Positions 1 to 13,690 of a DNA stretch of 64,000 nt are shown here, one piece after another. How positions within the stretch are numbered: position 1 is the stretch's first letter; each line of letters opens with the position of its first letter. The position numbers and the translations under genes were made by a program. The DNA comes from the human T2T-CHM13v2.0 reference genome, Homo sapiens. Under the pieces are notes generated by a model. The model saw only the letters and a program-made list of their open reading frames with translations, was not told where the DNA came from and ran no database searches. The stretch lies in NCBI RefSeq assembly GCF_009914755.1, contig NC_060930.1; one strand, 5' to 3'.

Positions 1-307
1 GATGTTGCTTTCGAGGTAGTGGGTTCTTGCTCGTGGGAGACTGGGTTAGTTCTTATGGGAATGGATTGGTTTTCTCAAGACTGGAAGTTGTTATAAAGCC
101 AGGACACCCCTCAGATTTTGTCTGTGAATGTGTCCACCCCCGATCTGTTACGTTGTGATGCAGCACGAAAGCCCTCACCAGAAGCCGGGACCATGACCAT
201 GAACTTCTCAGCTTGCAGAACTATGAACTAAATAAACCTTTCTATAAAAACAATAAATGACCCAGTCTCAGGTATTCCCTTACAGTAACACAAAATGAAC
301 TAAAACA
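1..307 (+). mobile_element. MaLR LTR (MST/MLT1A-like), 3' part
   Basis: Typical MaLR 3' end: GAACTATGAACTAAATAAACCTTTC...CCCAGTCTCAGGTATTCC...CACAAAATGAACTAAAACA. Confidence 0.8.
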
Positions 308-763
308 AACATAGAATACCAGAACAATGCTATCAACCACCTTGACTTGATTGATGTTTATAGAATGTTTTAACCAACAAATGCAGATTACATATTCTCA
401 GCTGTCAATGGTATGTTCACCAATATAACATGAAGGTTAGCTGTGCAGTAAAAATTTCAATAAATTTAAAAGGATTGAAATCACACAGAGTGTGTTCTCT
501 AATTATAATAAAATTACATCAAAAATAGAAAACAATAAAATCTATAAAAACCCTAAAACCTATAAAAACCCTAAATGTTGGGAAATTAATCAGCTGTTTT
601 CTAAGCAATCTAAAGGTCAAAGAAAAAATCAGAGAGACGTTTGAAGATATTTAAAAATGAATAATGGAGTACAACATATTAAAATTTGTCAAATACAGCT
701 AAAGCAGGCTTAGAGGGAAATTTATAGCTTTAAATACTTCTGTTAAAATGTATATGAAAATCA
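308..763 (+). mobile_element. Old L1M ORF2 (endonuclease-region) fragment
   Basis: A-rich sequence with L1-like motifs GATGTTTATAGAATG, GGATTGAAATCACACAGAGTGTGTTCTC and CAGCTAAAGCAGGCTTAGAGGGAAATTTATAGC. Confidence 0.75.
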
Positions 764-884
764 GGCTGGGCACAGTGGCTTATACCTGTAATCCCAGCAC
801 TTCGGGAGGCCAAGGCGGGAGAATTGTCTGAACCCAGAAGTTTCAGATCAACCTGAGCAACATGCTGAGACCCTGTCTCGAAAA
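764..884 (+). mobile_element. Alu monomer (FLAM/AluJ left arm)
   Basis: GGCTGGGCACAGTGGCTTATACCTGTAATCCCAGCAC...GAGACCCTGTCTCGAAAA; no right arm. Confidence 0.9.
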
Positions 885-1720
885 TATATGAGAGATATAT
901 ATGTATATATATTATATATGTGTATATAGTATATGTATATATTATATATGTGTATATAGTATATGTATATATTATATATGTGTATATATTGTATATGTAT
1001 ATATTATATATGTATATATATTGTATATGTATATATTATATATGTATATATTGTATATGTATATATTATATATGTATATATTGTATATGTATATATTATA
1101 TATGTATATATTGTATATGTATATATTATATATGTATATATATTGTATATGTATATATTATATATGTATATATATTGTATATGTATATATTATATATGTA
1201 TATATATTGTATATGTATATATTATATGTATATATTGTATATATATTATATATGTGTATATTGTATGTGTGTATATTATATATGTGTATATTGTATGTGT
1301 GTATGTTATATATGTGTATATTGTATGTGTGTATGTTATATATGTGTATATTATATACGTGTATGTTATATATGTGTATATTATATACGTGTATGTTATA
1401 TATGTGTATATTATATACGTGTATGTTATATATGTGTATATTATATACGTGTATGTTATATATGTGTATATTATATACGTGTATGTTATATATGTGTATA
1501 TTATATACGTGTATGTTATATATGTGTATATTATATACGTGTATGTTATATATGTGTATATTATATACGTGTATGTTATATATGTGTATATTATATACGT
1601 GTATGTTATATATGTGTATATTATATACGTGTATGTTATATATGTGTATATTATATACGTGTATGTTATATATGTGTATATTATATACGTGTATGTTATA
1701 TATGTATATATATTATATAT
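885..1720. repeat. AT-rich 30-bp minisatellite (VNTR)
   Basis: Perfect TTATATACGTGTATGTTATATATGTGTATA units from 1351 to about 1705; related 30-32 bp variants upstream. Confidence 0.97.
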
Positions 1721-1754
1721 ATGAAAACCAAAGGAACTAAAAGCAAAAGCATTT

Positions 1755-2010
1755 CTTAAAAAAATGACAAAATTGGAAGACTTTTTGTTATATATATATT
1801 TTAATACTTTGCGACTTCAAAATTTATCATAAGGCTCTAATCATCAAACTGGTGTGATATTTGCGAAAGGATAGACAAACAGATTAACCACACAGAATTG
1901 AGTTCAGAAAGAGACCCTTACATCTGGATAAAGTTTATACAGGAGTTTTCTGTACTTTTCTTTCAATTTTTCTGATTCTGAAACTATTTCAAAATAAAAA
2001 ACTTAAAGAA
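1755..2010 (+). mobile_element. Old L1M ORF2 and 3' end fragments
   Basis: GACTTCAAAATTTATCATAAGGCT...GGATAGACAAACAGATTAACC and an L1ME-type end CTGAAACTATTTCAAAATAAAAAA. Confidence 0.6.
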
Positions 2011-2330
2011 ATATAAAAATGTTACATGATTTGAACAATAACACACTGGAGTAGATACTAATTGAATGAATAAAAGAAATCCGTAAAACAGCTATGCTAA
2101 AAACAATAGTGTTTATTGTTCTGAAATGTAAAATTTCCTAAAGATTCATCTGTTGTCCTTTCTTCCATTTACAGAAAAACTTACATATTACAGCTGAGAA
2201 TGTGTATTTTAATGTGCAATGAATACTCGTGTTAAAATCTAAAAGCATACACATTTAAAAAATGAAGCCCCAACAAACCACTTGGGAAAATATTCTTGAA
2301 TAAAAATGAAAGCAAATCCATAATTACACA

Positions 2331-2799
2331 TTGCAGTAGATGCTGTTGATGCTCATCCTTAGCCCCCCAGCCCTTGCCTAAGTTCACTTTCAGCTGAGAT
2401 GAACAGCATCCATGAGCAGTGATAGTTTCCTGCCTCAAACCACCATGGCTTTCTATTTCTTAGCTTTAAGGATTTCTTCAGTGTGCTTTGCTCACAGGCA
2501 TGGCCGCCTAGAATTACTGAGGATTTAACACCCTCAGGAATGTTTACGGGTACATATCCCAGCTTTCCCTTTCCTCAATGGGACATTTCCAGGACATGCT
2601 ATCAACTTTTTTTCAGAGATGGAGTTCCCGTTGCTCATAGCATTAAACCACTTATTAATTCACTCTTTATTGGCTTTTCTCCTGCCCATTATCACTTTCT
2701 CTACTTCCTCTTTTATGCTTCCCAGAATCACATTCTAGATAACTTTCTACGCCCAAGTACTTGTTCAGGGTCTGCTTTCTGGGAACCCCAAGCTACAAC
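2331..2799 (+). mobile_element. ERVL LTR16-like solo LTR
   Basis: Ends TCAGGGTCTGCTTTCTGGGAACCCCAAGCTACAACA with internal CTTTATTGGCTTTTCTCC, typical of the LTR16 family. Confidence 0.65.
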
Positions 2800-2899
2800 A
2801 CACGGTATCTTAAAATAGTGTGATGAAGATCACTACCTCTCAAAAGCAATAGGATGTTACTTAACAGGATTTGGACTCTGATGCAAATTTGTAGCAGTA

Positions 2900-3850
2900 T
2901 AAATTTCTATTATTGAAAAAGAAAAAATAAGAATTATACAGTTTATTTAAAAGCTTAATAACCAATGTAGAAATAAGAATATTATAGAAATAAACACAAC
3001 CACAAAATAAATTTGTTAGAAAGCAAATACAAAATTAAGTTACAAAATCAAAGAATGTGCCCTTTGGAAAAAAGTTAAAAAGCAACAAATGTCTGAAAAT
3101 TCTGATAACAAAAAATGAAAGAAGACAAGCAAAATAGGAAAGCAATTATTACATCAGATATTGAATAAATCAAATAATTTAAAGAGAATGCTGTGTATAG
3201 ACCTATTAACATAAGTCTGTTAATAATTTGGTGGCAAAATAAATAATTTTAAAGGAAAATATGAATTATTATAATCAACTCAAGAAATAGATAACTGAAT
3301 ATTGTGATGAAAGAAATTAACTTTTTGAAGAAAAAAATGCTCTGCAGCTGGATTATTCTGACATAATTTTTCTCAAACTTTTAAATCATAGCTCTTTCTA
3401 AGCTATACAAGCTAATCATAGATGGAAAACTTTCCAATTCCTTTCATAAAAATAGAATACATTTGATATCAAAACTTGAAAAGGATAAATCAAAGAGGAG
3501 AAAAAACATTGAACAATTTTTCTTCTGAATATGCTTAGGATAATGAAAAATATCTACAATCAGAAGGTAATAGTTTACTAGGCAGTAAAGAGCTAGAGGC
3601 ATTGCCATTATAATTTAGAACAAAACATGGATGTATGCTGCTGCCACTATCAATTTATATTGTCTTGAAACCTCCAGCTATTAAAAAATAAGACCAAAAA
3701 CAAGGATAGAAGATATAACATGTTTGTTACTGAGGAAAAAAAAAACCCTATTATTGTTTGCCAATGATAGTTTATCTAGAAATTGCAAGAGGTCAACTGA
3801 AAAACTGTCCAAACTAATAAGGTTAGTTAGTTGATTAATTAGATAAATGG
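2900..3850 (+). mobile_element. Highly degraded L1M(E) ORF2 relic
   Basis: A-rich, with L1-like motifs (GGATGTATGCTGCTGCCACTATCAATTTATATTGTCTTGAAA, TTATTGTTTGCCAATGATAG). Confidence 0.5.
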
Positions 3851-4022
3851 TTCTTGTAACAAGGAGAGCCTGAATATGATAGATTAAATAAGATGGGAAT
3901 CTATTTTCACCTGTCACACTAGTCCAGAGTTCAGTGGTTCAAGAATGATACAACTGCTCTGCTCCACATGGTGATTCAGAGACCCAGGTTCTTTCTGTCT
4001 TCCTGACAATAGTCCCCTAGGA

Positions 4023-4257
4023 TGGGAGTTGGCAAACGTTTTCTGTAATAAGCCAGATAGGCTTTGAGATTCATATAGTCTCTGACACATTTTCTTTTTC
4101 TCCCTATCCCATCTCCTCTCGCTCTCTCTCTCTCTTCCTTTTGTATTTATCTTTTTACCACCATCTAAAAAGGTAAAACGATTCTTAGCTCACGGGCCAT
4201 ACAAAAGTCAGGCTACAGGTCAGATCTGATCCACAGGCCATAGTTTGCTAAATTCTG
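4023..4257. mobile_element. MER58B-like hAT-Charlie MITE inserted in an old MLT1 LTR (about 3860-4480)
   Basis: TIR-like ends GGGAGTTGGCAAAC / GTTTGCTAAATTCTG; 8-bp TSD-like CCCTAGGA / CTCTAGAA. Confidence 0.75.
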
Positions 4258-4802
4258 CTCTAGAATGCTGTTTAATTCTTTGTGCTTAAAAATGATTCAT
4301 CTCAAGCTTGTGCTCCAGGATAAAAACACAAATGTTTTTAGTGATAACTTGGAAGTTGCAAATATCACTTCTATCCACATCCCATTGGCCAGACATTTCA
4401 CCTGCTGAGCTTCAAGAGGGTTTGGGAAATCTGGGTAGCTCTGTGACCAAGAAAAGCAGAAAAACACACTTGGATGGGACAAGTATAAATTACTGGTTAA
4501 AATAATTTTTTTAAAAAATTAATACTTTCCTAAGTATCAATAATTTCCAGTTAGAAAATATAATGGAAAATGGGTCTTTTGCAAATTGTCAATAGCAAAT
4601 TGTCTCTAAAAACTACCTAAAACATTTTGAACCTGAAATGTTCAGGATCTGCCTGAGTAAATATAGGAACATATAATAAAGAAAGTAAAAGTTGACAAAT
4701 TAAAAGAAAGACAAATGAAGTTGCTAAACGGAAAACTGAGTATTTAAAGTATGTATGTCAAATTTCTTTAATTAATTGATAGATTTAATATAATTCTAAT
4801 TA

Positions 4803-5239
<437 letters not shown>

Positions 5240-5789
5240 TTAAAAATAAATGAAATGAGGTGTCATCGGTCAAAAGGGGGCTCAGGAGACATAGCATAGT
5301 TGGAACAGGGAAAACTCATTGCCCTTTCTAATAATTTTTACGTCACAAAATCTTGGGAAATAGGAGATCTTTCTTTCATTTCCAACCACTTTCTGTGTGA
5401 CCTTAGGCAAGTTATTTAATCAATCAGAGTATCAATTTTATGGCAAAATGAACCCAATACCACATATTTTATAGGGGTTTATTAAGGGATACGGTTTGTT
5501 CTGTGCCACTTCTTTACCGTCCTATCTTAGAAGGGAAAGACTGCATCCAACTAAAATGGTATCAAATCCACTGTTCCTAGTGTAGTATGCCACCTAGGAT
5601 CTCAATACATGCCTATGGTTACTGATGATGATGATGATGATAAAGAAGGGGAGGAAGAAGGGGAAGAGGAGGGAAAGGAGGAAGAAGGGGAAGAGGAAAA
5701 GGAGGAGAAAATAACTGATATGCTGCAGAATTGTACCCAGCAATTCATCTAGGCAGCACTTGCCAGTGTCGGGAAAGAAAGCTGTTCTG

Positions 5790-6160
5790 AATTTTAGTTC
5801 TATTCCTAGCCATATAATATTAGGAATGTTACTTAATTTCTCTGTGCCTCTATTTTTTCACTGCTTAAATTTAGATAATAATGCTTAACTTGCCTGCTGT
5901 GATGATGGTAACAATAACAAACAATTTATTGATCAGTTGTTCTGTCCTCGGCACAAAGTGCTTATAATACATGAAATCATTGAATTCACACAAATCTTGA
6001 GAGGTAGGTACCATCGTCATCATCATCATCATCATCATTATGGATATTATTTGCATTTTGACAGAGGAGGAAGCAGAGGTAAAGAGATGACCATAACTTG
6101 CCAAAAATCATGCAGTTATTGGGTTTGGTATCAGACCCAGAACTTGGGCAGCTCTTTACC
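5790..6160. mobile_element. Two MIR fragments (+ about 5790-5890; - about 5905-6160, with a (CAT)n insert)
   Basis: MIR core motifs GTTACTTAATTTCTCTGTGCCTC and CATTTTGACAGAGGAGGAAGCAGAGG. Confidence 0.65.
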
Positions 6161-6219
6161 ATGAGGGGACCATCTGCATAAATGCCCAGCAATGGGTACT
6201 TACCCAGCCCAGGTAATAA

Positions 6220-6548
<329 letters not shown>

Positions 6549-6669
6549 CTAACAACTATTGCCTCTGGGTACTCACCTTACAGAGGCAGTCAATAGAAGT
6601 TGCACATTGCAATCTAGTTGTTCTGTCTTGTGAAATCTTTATTTAAACAAAAGATTGTTTAAAGGCTCA

Positions 6670-6852
6670 GTGAGTCCTTGAGGACAGGGAGTGTGTCTTG
6701 TTTGCAAAGCTCTTGGGACAGTGCTTGGCTTGTGGTAAATATTGAATAAATGGGGTGATCAAGGTGGTGGTTCATCATTGTCACTAAAAGGTCTAGACAA
6801 GTGCCTGGTTCTTTATCTGCCACTAAATACATGTTTATTGATTGAATGAATA
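6670..6852 (+). mobile_element. L2 3'-end fragments
   Basis: CCTTGAGGACAGGGAGTGTGTCTTG and AGTGCCTGG...TAAATACATGTTTATTGATTGAATGAAT. Confidence 0.6.
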
Positions 6853-8713
6853 CGTCCAACAAATTTCTTAATTTCAAATGTCTTTTATATTCCTAGTTTT
6901 TTTCCTCGAGTTATGCCTTTAAAGCAGTGCAAGATATGCCATTGTGAAAAGGCGTATAGTCTTAAATCAATGTTTGTTTACTACAATATCTTTCCTATTT
7001 AAATTTGGTTAAAACTAGTGAATTTGTAGGGGAATGGTAACAGTCTGCAATACAGAAGGCGAAATCTTAATTCACTTCAAATCAGCAAACATTGCTGTTT
7101 AGGGATAGTAATTGATAACTGTTTAGAATTGTGGTTGGAGAGTTTTATTACAGGTATGCATTATAACCAGTTTCACACAATCCAGTGGCATAAATTTCAG
7201 CAAAAGTGATGAATTTCAAAGAAAACATATCTTTTATTTGTAGTATTTCCAATCTGACTGTTTTCAGTTGTGAATCAAAAAACATTTGATTTGAGACCAT
7301 GAGTATAGCAATACTGTTTTATAAGAGTGTTGTGGGCTCAGTAATGTTCATTTATTTTAATCCTCTCTGTAAATTTTGACAGAAGCCTCTTTATGAACAC
7401 ATACTTTATGAGTTCCACCAAATAGAAATGTCCCAGAAAAACATTATTTTATTGGGGTAGACTAAATGTTTCGCTGGGCAAAAATAAAACCACTGACGAT
7501 AATAGATAAGTTGAAAATTTGTGTTTCATTACAGAGTTTTGTTTGCTAGAATAGAGGGTGCCCATATTTCTGAAAATTGGGACTGGTTTCCAGAACTTTG
7601 CTGTACCATTTTTAGATTCCCTTTCTTTAGCTATAGTCTAATTTACTAATCACTGGGAAATGGGGTGGCCCTGAAAGAGAGAAGTTACCCTACTTTATCA
7701 ATTCTTGGAGAGATGAATCCTTAAAAATGAGAGAAATATTAGTTGGGGGGGCGGTGGAGAGAGAGATAGAGGAAGAAAGAGAGACAGAGAGCCAGCAGAG
7801 CTGGAAAAATAATCCTTTGCTTTCTATATTAGCTTCCAAGATCATCCCCATATAGCTGTTCGAGACCTCAATTTATTGAACCTAATGGAGATGAGTGACA
7901 GAATGGTGAGACTGATGATGATTATGATGTGCAGCTTCACTGAGGTCATGGGCTTGGTTAATTCCCTTCCAAAGGGATGGAAGGAGAGAAAGAGAGCAAG
8001 AAGGGTGAGTACAGTCAATTCAGCCCCTCATTTTCAAGCTAACTGGGAACTGTTTATAATGAATGTCCCTGCCTCCATCAAGGGCATTTCTTCCATTTAA
8101 CGAGCACGCAGGAAGCAGACATTGCTCAAGTACAAGGGTTCAGTTTGCAGTGAGCCACAAATCACATTTCATTTATCAGGCCCTACAGATGACAGGATAT
8201 CATCGAATCCCTGGAGAGCCATATTCATTAAAAAGAAATCTTAAGTAATTACAACAATTAATTGACTTGAAACAGTTTCTGGTGGATAAGGTTTACATAA
8301 TTCATTTGCCAGACAAAACAAGCCTGATCAAATCTGGGAACATGTTATTTAGAAATGTCCCACTATCTGACAAGGTACCTTCGTGGAAAGGTGTTTATCA
8401 TTGGGATCCTTTTTTTTTTTTTTTTCTTAAAAGGAAAGAATAATTTTTGAACAAGAAATGGGTATCTGAAAATGTCTAACAGACTTTATTTTGAGCCCAT
8501 AAAATGGTGCTACAGCACCTCTTGACTTACCGTTGTGACTAAAACTGATGAATGAAAATGACGATGGGTTGTATTAATTGAGGACTCTCTGAGTTTATGG
8601 TTTTGAGGATGAAGTTTGAGTTGGATCCAAGACAAAGGCCTTCCAAAAAGCTAAACAACTATTTAGGACAAGATCCAAGGCCCAGTTTAAGAACTCCATT
8701 ATCAACAAAATAA

Positions 8714-9104
<391 letters not shown>

Positions 9105-10079
9105 AGCCCCAATATTTTAAAAGGTGGGGCCTGTGATTAAATTTAGAAAGGGATATCACTGAAGAGCCATAACAAATAACCTTTTATGTACTGCAAAATA
9201 TGATTTTCCAACCACTCAGTGACACCTGCAACATAATATAACCACATTATTAGCCTTCTGCTATATCAACGTTTATTTTGGAGAAATGATTTAGAGAGGT
9301 TCACATAATGAAACACCATTCTCTAATACCACTCTGAGTTATCTTATTGGGGTCATAGGAGAATGGATGATGGTAACTCTTAGGAAAGCAAGAAAGAAAA
9401 GCATATACTACAGAATTTTTGAGACTGCTATATCTTATTTCACGACCCCAGTGAGGTTTACTAAGACATCTGGCTTTTAGAACTCACAGTCTCATATAAA
9501 GGGCTAAAAGTTGGATGGGCATTACACCCAAGAGTGATAGTTTCTTAGGTTTGGTTCTCCCAAATCAAGCCATGTATCGGCTGCCTCAGTAGCTCCTAAG
9601 AAGCTCACTAAATATATGAACACAGCACCCAGGGAAGACACATGGAAAAAGAATCACCAGGGTGGGCTTGAGCCTCTACTGTTTCGACAGTCATCCCATG
9701 ACCATCAGTGAGTGAATGTTTGGAATCATTGAAAAACCTGTAGAATAATTTGCATTTTTTTGGTGTTTTTAGACATTATTCTATTTTCCCCCTCCAGATT
9801 TCCCTTTCTGTGCCACTTGTTGAAATGTTGCGCATTTCTGGACCCTAAATTTACAAGAAGTTGCAAGGGTATGGGTTCTGTCCATCCGACAAGCCTTAAA
9901 GAGCCCCCAGAGCTGCAGCTATAAAATGAATAATGTTTCTAAAAATTAGTTCCATATTTTCTTGAATTTCTTTATAGATAGATAGATTTTTATGTTAGTC
10001 TGTTTTTTCACATTCATAATTGCCATGTGGCTTAACAAAAATAACTCCCTTCTCTTTGCTAAGATTTTCTAATTTGTTA

Positions 10080-10445
10080 TTTGTTTGAAGATAATCTGAT
10101 GGATTGCGTATATGTTTTCTGATGACTGAGTTAAAATCCTTTTCAGATCATTCCAGCATTGGATTCAACTGAAGTTGATGTGAGTTGGCTGTCTCTTCTC
10201 ATTCAAGTTGTGATTTTCTTGGTATGACGGGAAATTTCTATTGCATCCTGGACATTTTGGCTATTATGTTGAGCGACACTGGATCCCATTTAAATCTTTT
10301 ATTTTGGCAGGTAGTCACCTCGTATAGGTTAGTTCTCAAGGATCTTGCCTAATTTGGTAGGCTGTGGTTCCAACAGTAGCTTAATTTCCTTCCTTCCTTC
10401 CTTCCTTCCTTCCTCTCCTCCTCCTTTTCTTTCTTTCTTTCTTTC

Positions 10446-10485
<40 letters not shown>

Positions 10486-11530
10486 TTTCTTTCTTCTTTC
10501 TCTTTCTTTTTCTTTCTCTCTCTGTTTCTCTCTTTCTCCTTTTTTCCTTTCCTTTCCTGTCTTTTCCTTTCCTTTCCTTTCCTTTCCTTGTTTCCTTTCC
10601 TTTCGTTTCCTTTACTTTTTTGACAGCGTCTCACTCTGTCGCCCAGGCTGGAGTGCAATGGCGTGATCTTGGCTCATTGCAACCTCTGCCTCCCAGGATC
10701 AAGCCATTTCCTGCCTCAGCCTCCCGAGTAGCGAGACTACAGGCACCTGCCACCACACCTGGCTAATTTTTGTATTTTTAGTAGAGATGGGGTTTCACCA
10801 TGTTGGCCAGGCTAGTCCTCAAACACCTGATATCAAGTGATCCGCCCCCCTCTGCCTCCCAAAGTGCTGGGATTACAGGCATGAGCCACTGCACCCAGCC
10901 TGTAGTTTAATTTTCTGAGCCTTTGTGGTGTTATTTGTCTGCTTGGCTTATACGTTGCCAGCGAGGCTCTCACTGGTTCCTGCTAGGGCTGCTAGAGGGG
11001 CTGAGGGGCTTCCCCAGGGGAGCCTTCCCCATGTCTACCTTGGTGGGGAAGGGAAGTTCCCATTGGAATGGGGACGGGGCTTCCCTGACCAGCTAATTGT
11101 TGCTCTGGTATTTCTCACTGGGGTAGAGAAGTCTCAAGCCCTGCAGGGCAGGAGAGCATCTCTTCTGGTATTGTTAGCGAGGCTCCGGGATCAGGCATCC
11201 AGTCCCCTTGCCATAGTAAATGGTGCAGGTTTGCCTCCTATTGCAGGAGGAATTCCTGTTTATTCCAGGAGAGAAATGAGGCTTCCTGGGCTGCCTTCTG
11301 TTGCTAGGTTGGGGTCAAGAAATGCTGGGTCTGAGTCAGCAAGTCTGAGTCCTGAGTTGGTTGGGAGGATGTAAGGTGCCCTGCCCCTGTGATGTTCCTC
11401 CAGTCCTGGGACCCCAAACCTGGTGGCTTTCATCTCACCACCTTTCAGCGTTCTCCTTTGGTTGCCTCTTGAGCTACTTCTAGGATTTATAGTTATAATG
11501 AGTGGGGGAAAGAAGGGAGAAATGTGTCTA
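10080..11530 (-). mobile_element. Old L1 5' region (L1MC4-like), interrupted by an Alu
   Basis: CATCCTGGACATTTTGGCTATTATG...GGATCC and CCACCTTTCAGCG...GGATTTATAGTTATAATGAGTGGG...GTGTCTA resemble the L1MC4 5' end. Confidence 0.55.
10388..10900 (-). mobile_element. AluS with tail expanded to about 230 bp of (TTCC)n/(TTTC)n
   Basis: Alu body 10620-10900; TSD GTAGCTTAATTT (10376-10387) / GTAGTTTAATTT (10902-10913) encloses the pyrimidine tract. Confidence 0.92.
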
Positions 11531-11949
11531 GGTTATGAATAGGTTTCTAAAATTAATTTCCCATGGAAAGTCCCAAGGATAGATTATTAAAAATAATTTC
11601 AAAGCAAAGCTTACTGTTGTGATATGCTAACATGTGGCCCCAAAGATTTTTTGAAGATAATTTCCTGTGATGGTTTTTAAATGAGATAAGATGTATTAAT
11701 AAATTGTTTGCCTAATAATATTTCTACTTGGAATTACACATCAAAAATACCATGGGGTTTGAAAAACTCTATAATCTGGGGAGATGAACCAAAAAAGAAA
11801 TACTTGGCTGAAAAAAAAAAAAGAGAGAGAGAGAGAGAAATACTCTGGTTTCAGTTTCTTGTTAAATACCCAAGGATTAAATGGATAAATAATTATTTGA
11901 GACAGAGGCAGTTTCCAGAGTTTAATACCAGAAGTTTTTCCAAAGGCCT

Positions 11950-12122
11950 AGGTCAGTGGTGCACCAGGACTGGCTGGTTAACAGTAATCCCTAGAGATTT
12001 TTAAGGAGTCCCTGCCTCACCCTCTAAAAATTCTAAGCCAGTGAGGCGAGGGTTTGGCCCCTGAATGTTTTTTTTGTAAAGCTCTCTAAGCAGCTATGAT
12101 GATTGACCGCATTTGATAACTA
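11950..12122. mobile_element. MER5-family hAT MITE (degraded)
   Basis: CAGTGGT...AAAGCTCTCTAAGCAGCTATGATG...CATTTGATAACTA layout. Confidence 0.5.
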
Positions 12123-12279
12123 TATTTAACCAATAAATTGGTAAATTTCCAAAATGTGCTTGAACTGAAAAGAGAAGGCCCTTTGCTCAAGGTGACACTT
12201 TGTGCAGGGAAAGCCAAAAGAAAGATGGAAATGTTGACCTTGCAATGATTTTAAAAGGGAGAATGAAAAACCAGAAACC

Positions 12280-12445
12280 ACCCAGGAGCACAGCAAGAAT
12301 TATATAAGGGGTCCAACAAGTAGCGTGTGAGAAAAATGCCTGGAATAATAGATGTGTTTTACTTGGTGAGGACAAGCCTTAGGGAGGATGTGCTAATTAT
12401 CTTCAAATATTTAAAGGAGTATTTTGAGAGGAAACTAGACTTCCA
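12280..12445 (+). mobile_element. L3/CR1 LINE fragment
   Basis: CTTAGGGAGGATGTGCTAATTATCTTCAAATATTTAAAGG matches the conserved CR1 ORF2 3' motif. Confidence 0.6.
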
Positions 12446-12553
12446 CCATTTGGACTAGGAACCTGCATCTTTAGCAAACTTCCCAGGTGATTCTGAGGGA
12501 ACTGTGGACCTCACTGAACATTCCTGGTTACAAGAAGGCTTCATCCAGACTTT

Positions 12554-12856
12554 CTTTTTTTTTTTTTTTTTTTGAGATGGAGTTTCACTCTTGTCGCCCA
12601 GGCTGGAGTGCAATGGTGTGATCTCGGCTCACTGAAACCTCCGCCTCCCAGGTTCAAGCAATTCTCCTGCCTCAGCCTCCCAAATAGCTAGGATTACAGG
12701 CACCCACCACCATGCTCAGCTAATTTTTGTATTTTTAGTAGAGACGGGGTTTCACTGTGTTGGCCAGGCTGGTCTTGAACTGCCGACCTCAGGTGATCCA
12801 CCCACCTCGTCCTCCCAAAGTGCTGGGATTATAGGCATGAGCCAACATGCCCAGCC
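12554..12856 (-). mobile_element. AluSq/Sp
   Basis: GGAGTTTCACTCTTGTCGCCC diagnostic; TSD CATCCAGACTTT at 12542-12553 and 12857-12868. Confidence 0.93.
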
Positions 12857-13510
12857 CATCCAGACTTTTATAGAATGGTTTGGGCGTTTGAGGATGAGAG
12901 AGCTGCTGGGGAGAATTCAACAGGGAACCAACCAAGACATAAGAGGAAGGAAGGGAAAAAAGGATGGGAAGGGACAAGAAGGAGAGAGGAGGTGAGAAGA
13001 GAAAGGAAAGAAGGAATGAACAAAGGAAGGAAAGTGGGAGAGATGGAAGGAAAGAGGGAGGGGAAGCAAGGCAGGGTGCTCTAGGTGTGGAGGGCCTGCC
13101 CTTGATGAAATGCTGGTTGTTTGACTGACTGTAATACAGCTCAGCAACTGGTAATAAGACAGAGAAAGTAGAGTTGCATTCACTGGAAATGAGGAATGGG
13201 AAAGGCGGAGAGAGTGGAAGGTCAAGGGGGAGGAGTTTGAGCTGTTGATAAGGGAGGTGAGAGAGTTGTTGGTAATAGAGGATCATGGCCAGATAGGAAA
13301 TCAGGTACATAGAGACCACACCAACAGACCTCAAATAGGCAGTGAGGCCGATCGGCTAGAGGTTGCCACCAAGGTGAAGGAAAGGTTTAGAAACAGTGAG
13401 GAAGTGGAGAGGACTAGATTTGGAGTTGTTCCCACTCTTCATGGTCAGTGAGATGGGGAGAAAGCAGCACCCAGCATGGAGCCAGCTGGGAAGCCAGAGT
13501 TTTGCCCAGT

Positions 13511-13690
13511 ACAGTGCTTCTCAAACCCCTGTGTGCGTCGCAATCACCTAGAGGGCCTGCTACAATGCAGGCTGCGGGAGCCACCCCAGAGATTCTAAGG
13601 CAGTAGGTCTGCAAGGGGCCCAAGAGTTTGCTTTCTTGACTAGCTCCCAGGTGATGTCAATGTCCTGGCACCACATTTTGAGACAGTGAC
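13511..13690. mobile_element. MER5A hAT MITE
   Basis: CAGTGCTTCTCAAAC...AATCACCT...GCAGTAGGTCTG...AGCTCCCAGGTGATG...CCACATTTTGAG. Confidence 0.8.

Noticed and set aside
885-1720. Regular 30-bp periodicity as a CRISPR-like array
   Set aside because: Units are contiguous with no unique spacers, there are no cas genes, and the context is eukaryotic.
901-1759. Three 253-279 aa ORFs rich in Y/I/C/M/V
   Set aside because: They are translations of the stop-poor TA-rich VNTR, open in all three frames.
5624-6038. Complementary (GAT)n and (CAT)n tracts and the poly-His/Met ORFs
   Set aside because: These are common short trinucleotide repeats in and near MIR relics; the ORFs are artefacts.
10329-10658. 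K/E/R-rich and F/S/L-rich ORFs
   Set aside because: They translate the microsatellite and the Alu.
12789-13334. 181-aa ORF
   Set aside because: It is a low-complexity purine-rich tract plus Alu.
13545-13560. CTCF-like CACCTAGAGGGC in MER5A
   Set aside because: It has several mismatches to the core motif; too weak to call.
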